Source of the DNA: Bugula neritina
Taxonomy: Eukaryota > Animalia > Bryozoa
DNA: 64,000 nucleotides
NCBI GenBank assembly: GCA_964035545.1
Contig: OZ037772.1
Location: 1,984,001-2,048,000 of the forward strand
Direction: 5' to 3'
The position numbers and the translations under genes are program-made. Positions within the stretch are counted from its first letter, which is position 1. Every line of letters begins with the position of its first letter. The notes under the pieces were generated by a model, which saw nothing but the letters and a program-made list of their open reading frames with translations, was not told where the DNA came from and did not search any database. This document shows positions 63,901 through 64,000 of this stretch, in pieces.

Positions 63901-64000
63901 AGACCAGCAGTGTCTTCCAATGGAGTCCGCTAAGGACTTGTTCCATCAGCCTCTGGAAGGTGGCTGGGGCGGAGGTTAACCCGAAGGGCAGCACCTTCCA
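60965..64000 (-). CDS. Gypsy pol (RT C-terminal half, RNase H, integrase), open over >1000 aa
   Basis: LPFGL..APATFQR, YLDD, DTDAS, KELLA, TDH, ADGLSR, H..H..CEIC, DLVGP, SDQG, NGVVER, GPY, RTRKPP.YL.DF. Confidence 0.97.
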   Translation of the reverse strand, partial: WKVLPFGLTSAPATFQRLMEQVLSGLHWKTLLVYLDDVIVISPDFETHVSRLQEVFERLRGAGLKLKPSKCALLQPEVKYLGHVVGRNGVATDPEKVRAVEDWVTPQDLTGLRAFLGLVGYYRQYIPDFAGIAQPLNRLTAKGVTWQCTPVEQEAFDRLKGCLLTAPILAYPDPTLEYILDTDASDQNVGAVLSQVQEGREVVVAYYSKSLSPAERNHCTTRKELLAVIKSVKHFRPYLYGRKFRLRTDHASLIWLCRRAEPSSQVARWLEILAEFSYRIEHRPGKRHSNADGLSRRPDGGCKQCLNIERRDGGPPRCELETLAHHGAPFDWDQGQLRQRVDESPEDVQNLRANPVLAGNVRELKKLQEELPGVVADIYQAKREGRRPSEERIRQGCAEFRLYCQRWDSLRIGQDGLLTISLAASGRHPERKRVVCPTAIRRELIWDTHKQAHAGVKRVISKLRLRWYWPQMERDVRLRVKQCEICQASKHSRPPGEAGRRRLYAGRPWQVVAVDLVGPMPLTLRGNNWILVLTDHFTRWADALAIPDASAPTVARALDQHVFCYFGLPEQIHSDQGAQFQSQLMSDLCHLWGVNQSRTTPYHPQGNGVVERNNRMLGDALRSLLLGRGQEEWDTVLPQVMRAYRSTPHTSTGETPNLLMLGRETRVPDHLTYHVPEQDNSVHEYASELVERMKAAHDILRQQQWKVRHEDSDEPPLYQRGDKVWMVNYRRRRGQADKLKPKFVGPYVVVEAMPNHTYKIERSGQVSIQNESRLKPYWASPDRVGEAPPPLLEPRRQTTTRGRRRHGPEYEVVIPREENLVREERQLLSTEACPPPPSLIPSLPETEPVPEVQTPTEGGAPSREQEEVTTNGEVETPLEAPTNEPASVSPPLERGQRTRKPPPYLKDFICDCIRSGAYESLGENRTIKCWSCEPHANINFCEGGIVGGINTRKANSSDLVPQKRCSAFSYADIAKGRRISQPAPTLPRTLSMDINTEFPGKPDTEFPGKPV

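Larger units (their letters stand above)
59345..64000 (-). mobile_element. Ty3/gypsy LTR retrotransposon, 3' part (continues beyond the window)
   Basis: Sharp GC/CpG rise; pol in RT-RH-IN order; PPT GGAGGGGGCAG (59636-59626) abutting TGTGGTG; putative 3' LTR 59625-59345 ending CACATCA. The LTR outer boundary is inferred because the second LTR is outside the window. Confidence 0.92.

Noticed and set aside
61185-63979. Plus-strand ORFs overlapping gypsy pol (and antisense ORFs in copia and collagen)
   Set aside because: Shadow ORFs of GC-rich coding sequence with no motifs.

Overview
AT-rich, intron-containing animal (invertebrate-type) genomic DNA. It is a mosaic of transposons, tandem repeats, decayed gene fragments and one apparently intact gene. 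Intact or nearly intact: (i) a TRIM gene with 7 coding exons (RING-B1-B2-coiled coil-putative beta-propeller, ~619 aa, 37507-44647 +); (ii) a full-length Ty1/copia element with 272-bp LTRs, TATTT TSD and a half-tRNA-iMet PBS (19427-24066 +); (iii) the 3' part of a Ty3/gypsy element (59345 to window end, -). The gypsy element carries an extra ORF in the env position with zinc fingers, a PxVxL motif and a coiled coil; this is the most unusual item. Decayed or partial: a fibrillar-collagen-type pseudogene with only ~97 Gly-X-Y triplets plus COLFI, preceded by Thr-rich and Cys-rich exon-like segments; a C6orf136/DUF2358-like gene fragment; a tentatively AP5B1-like pseudogene; a 3'-truncated CR1-like LINE; and a Penelope-type GIY-YIG remnant. 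A 3.5-5 kb segmental duplication (9445-12918 vs 51490-56626) joins exons of different genes in different combinations. There are several hAT/PIF-type MITEs and many micro- and minisatellites. All exon models and homology calls were made by eye from splice signals, reading frame and remembered family motifs; no searches were run.
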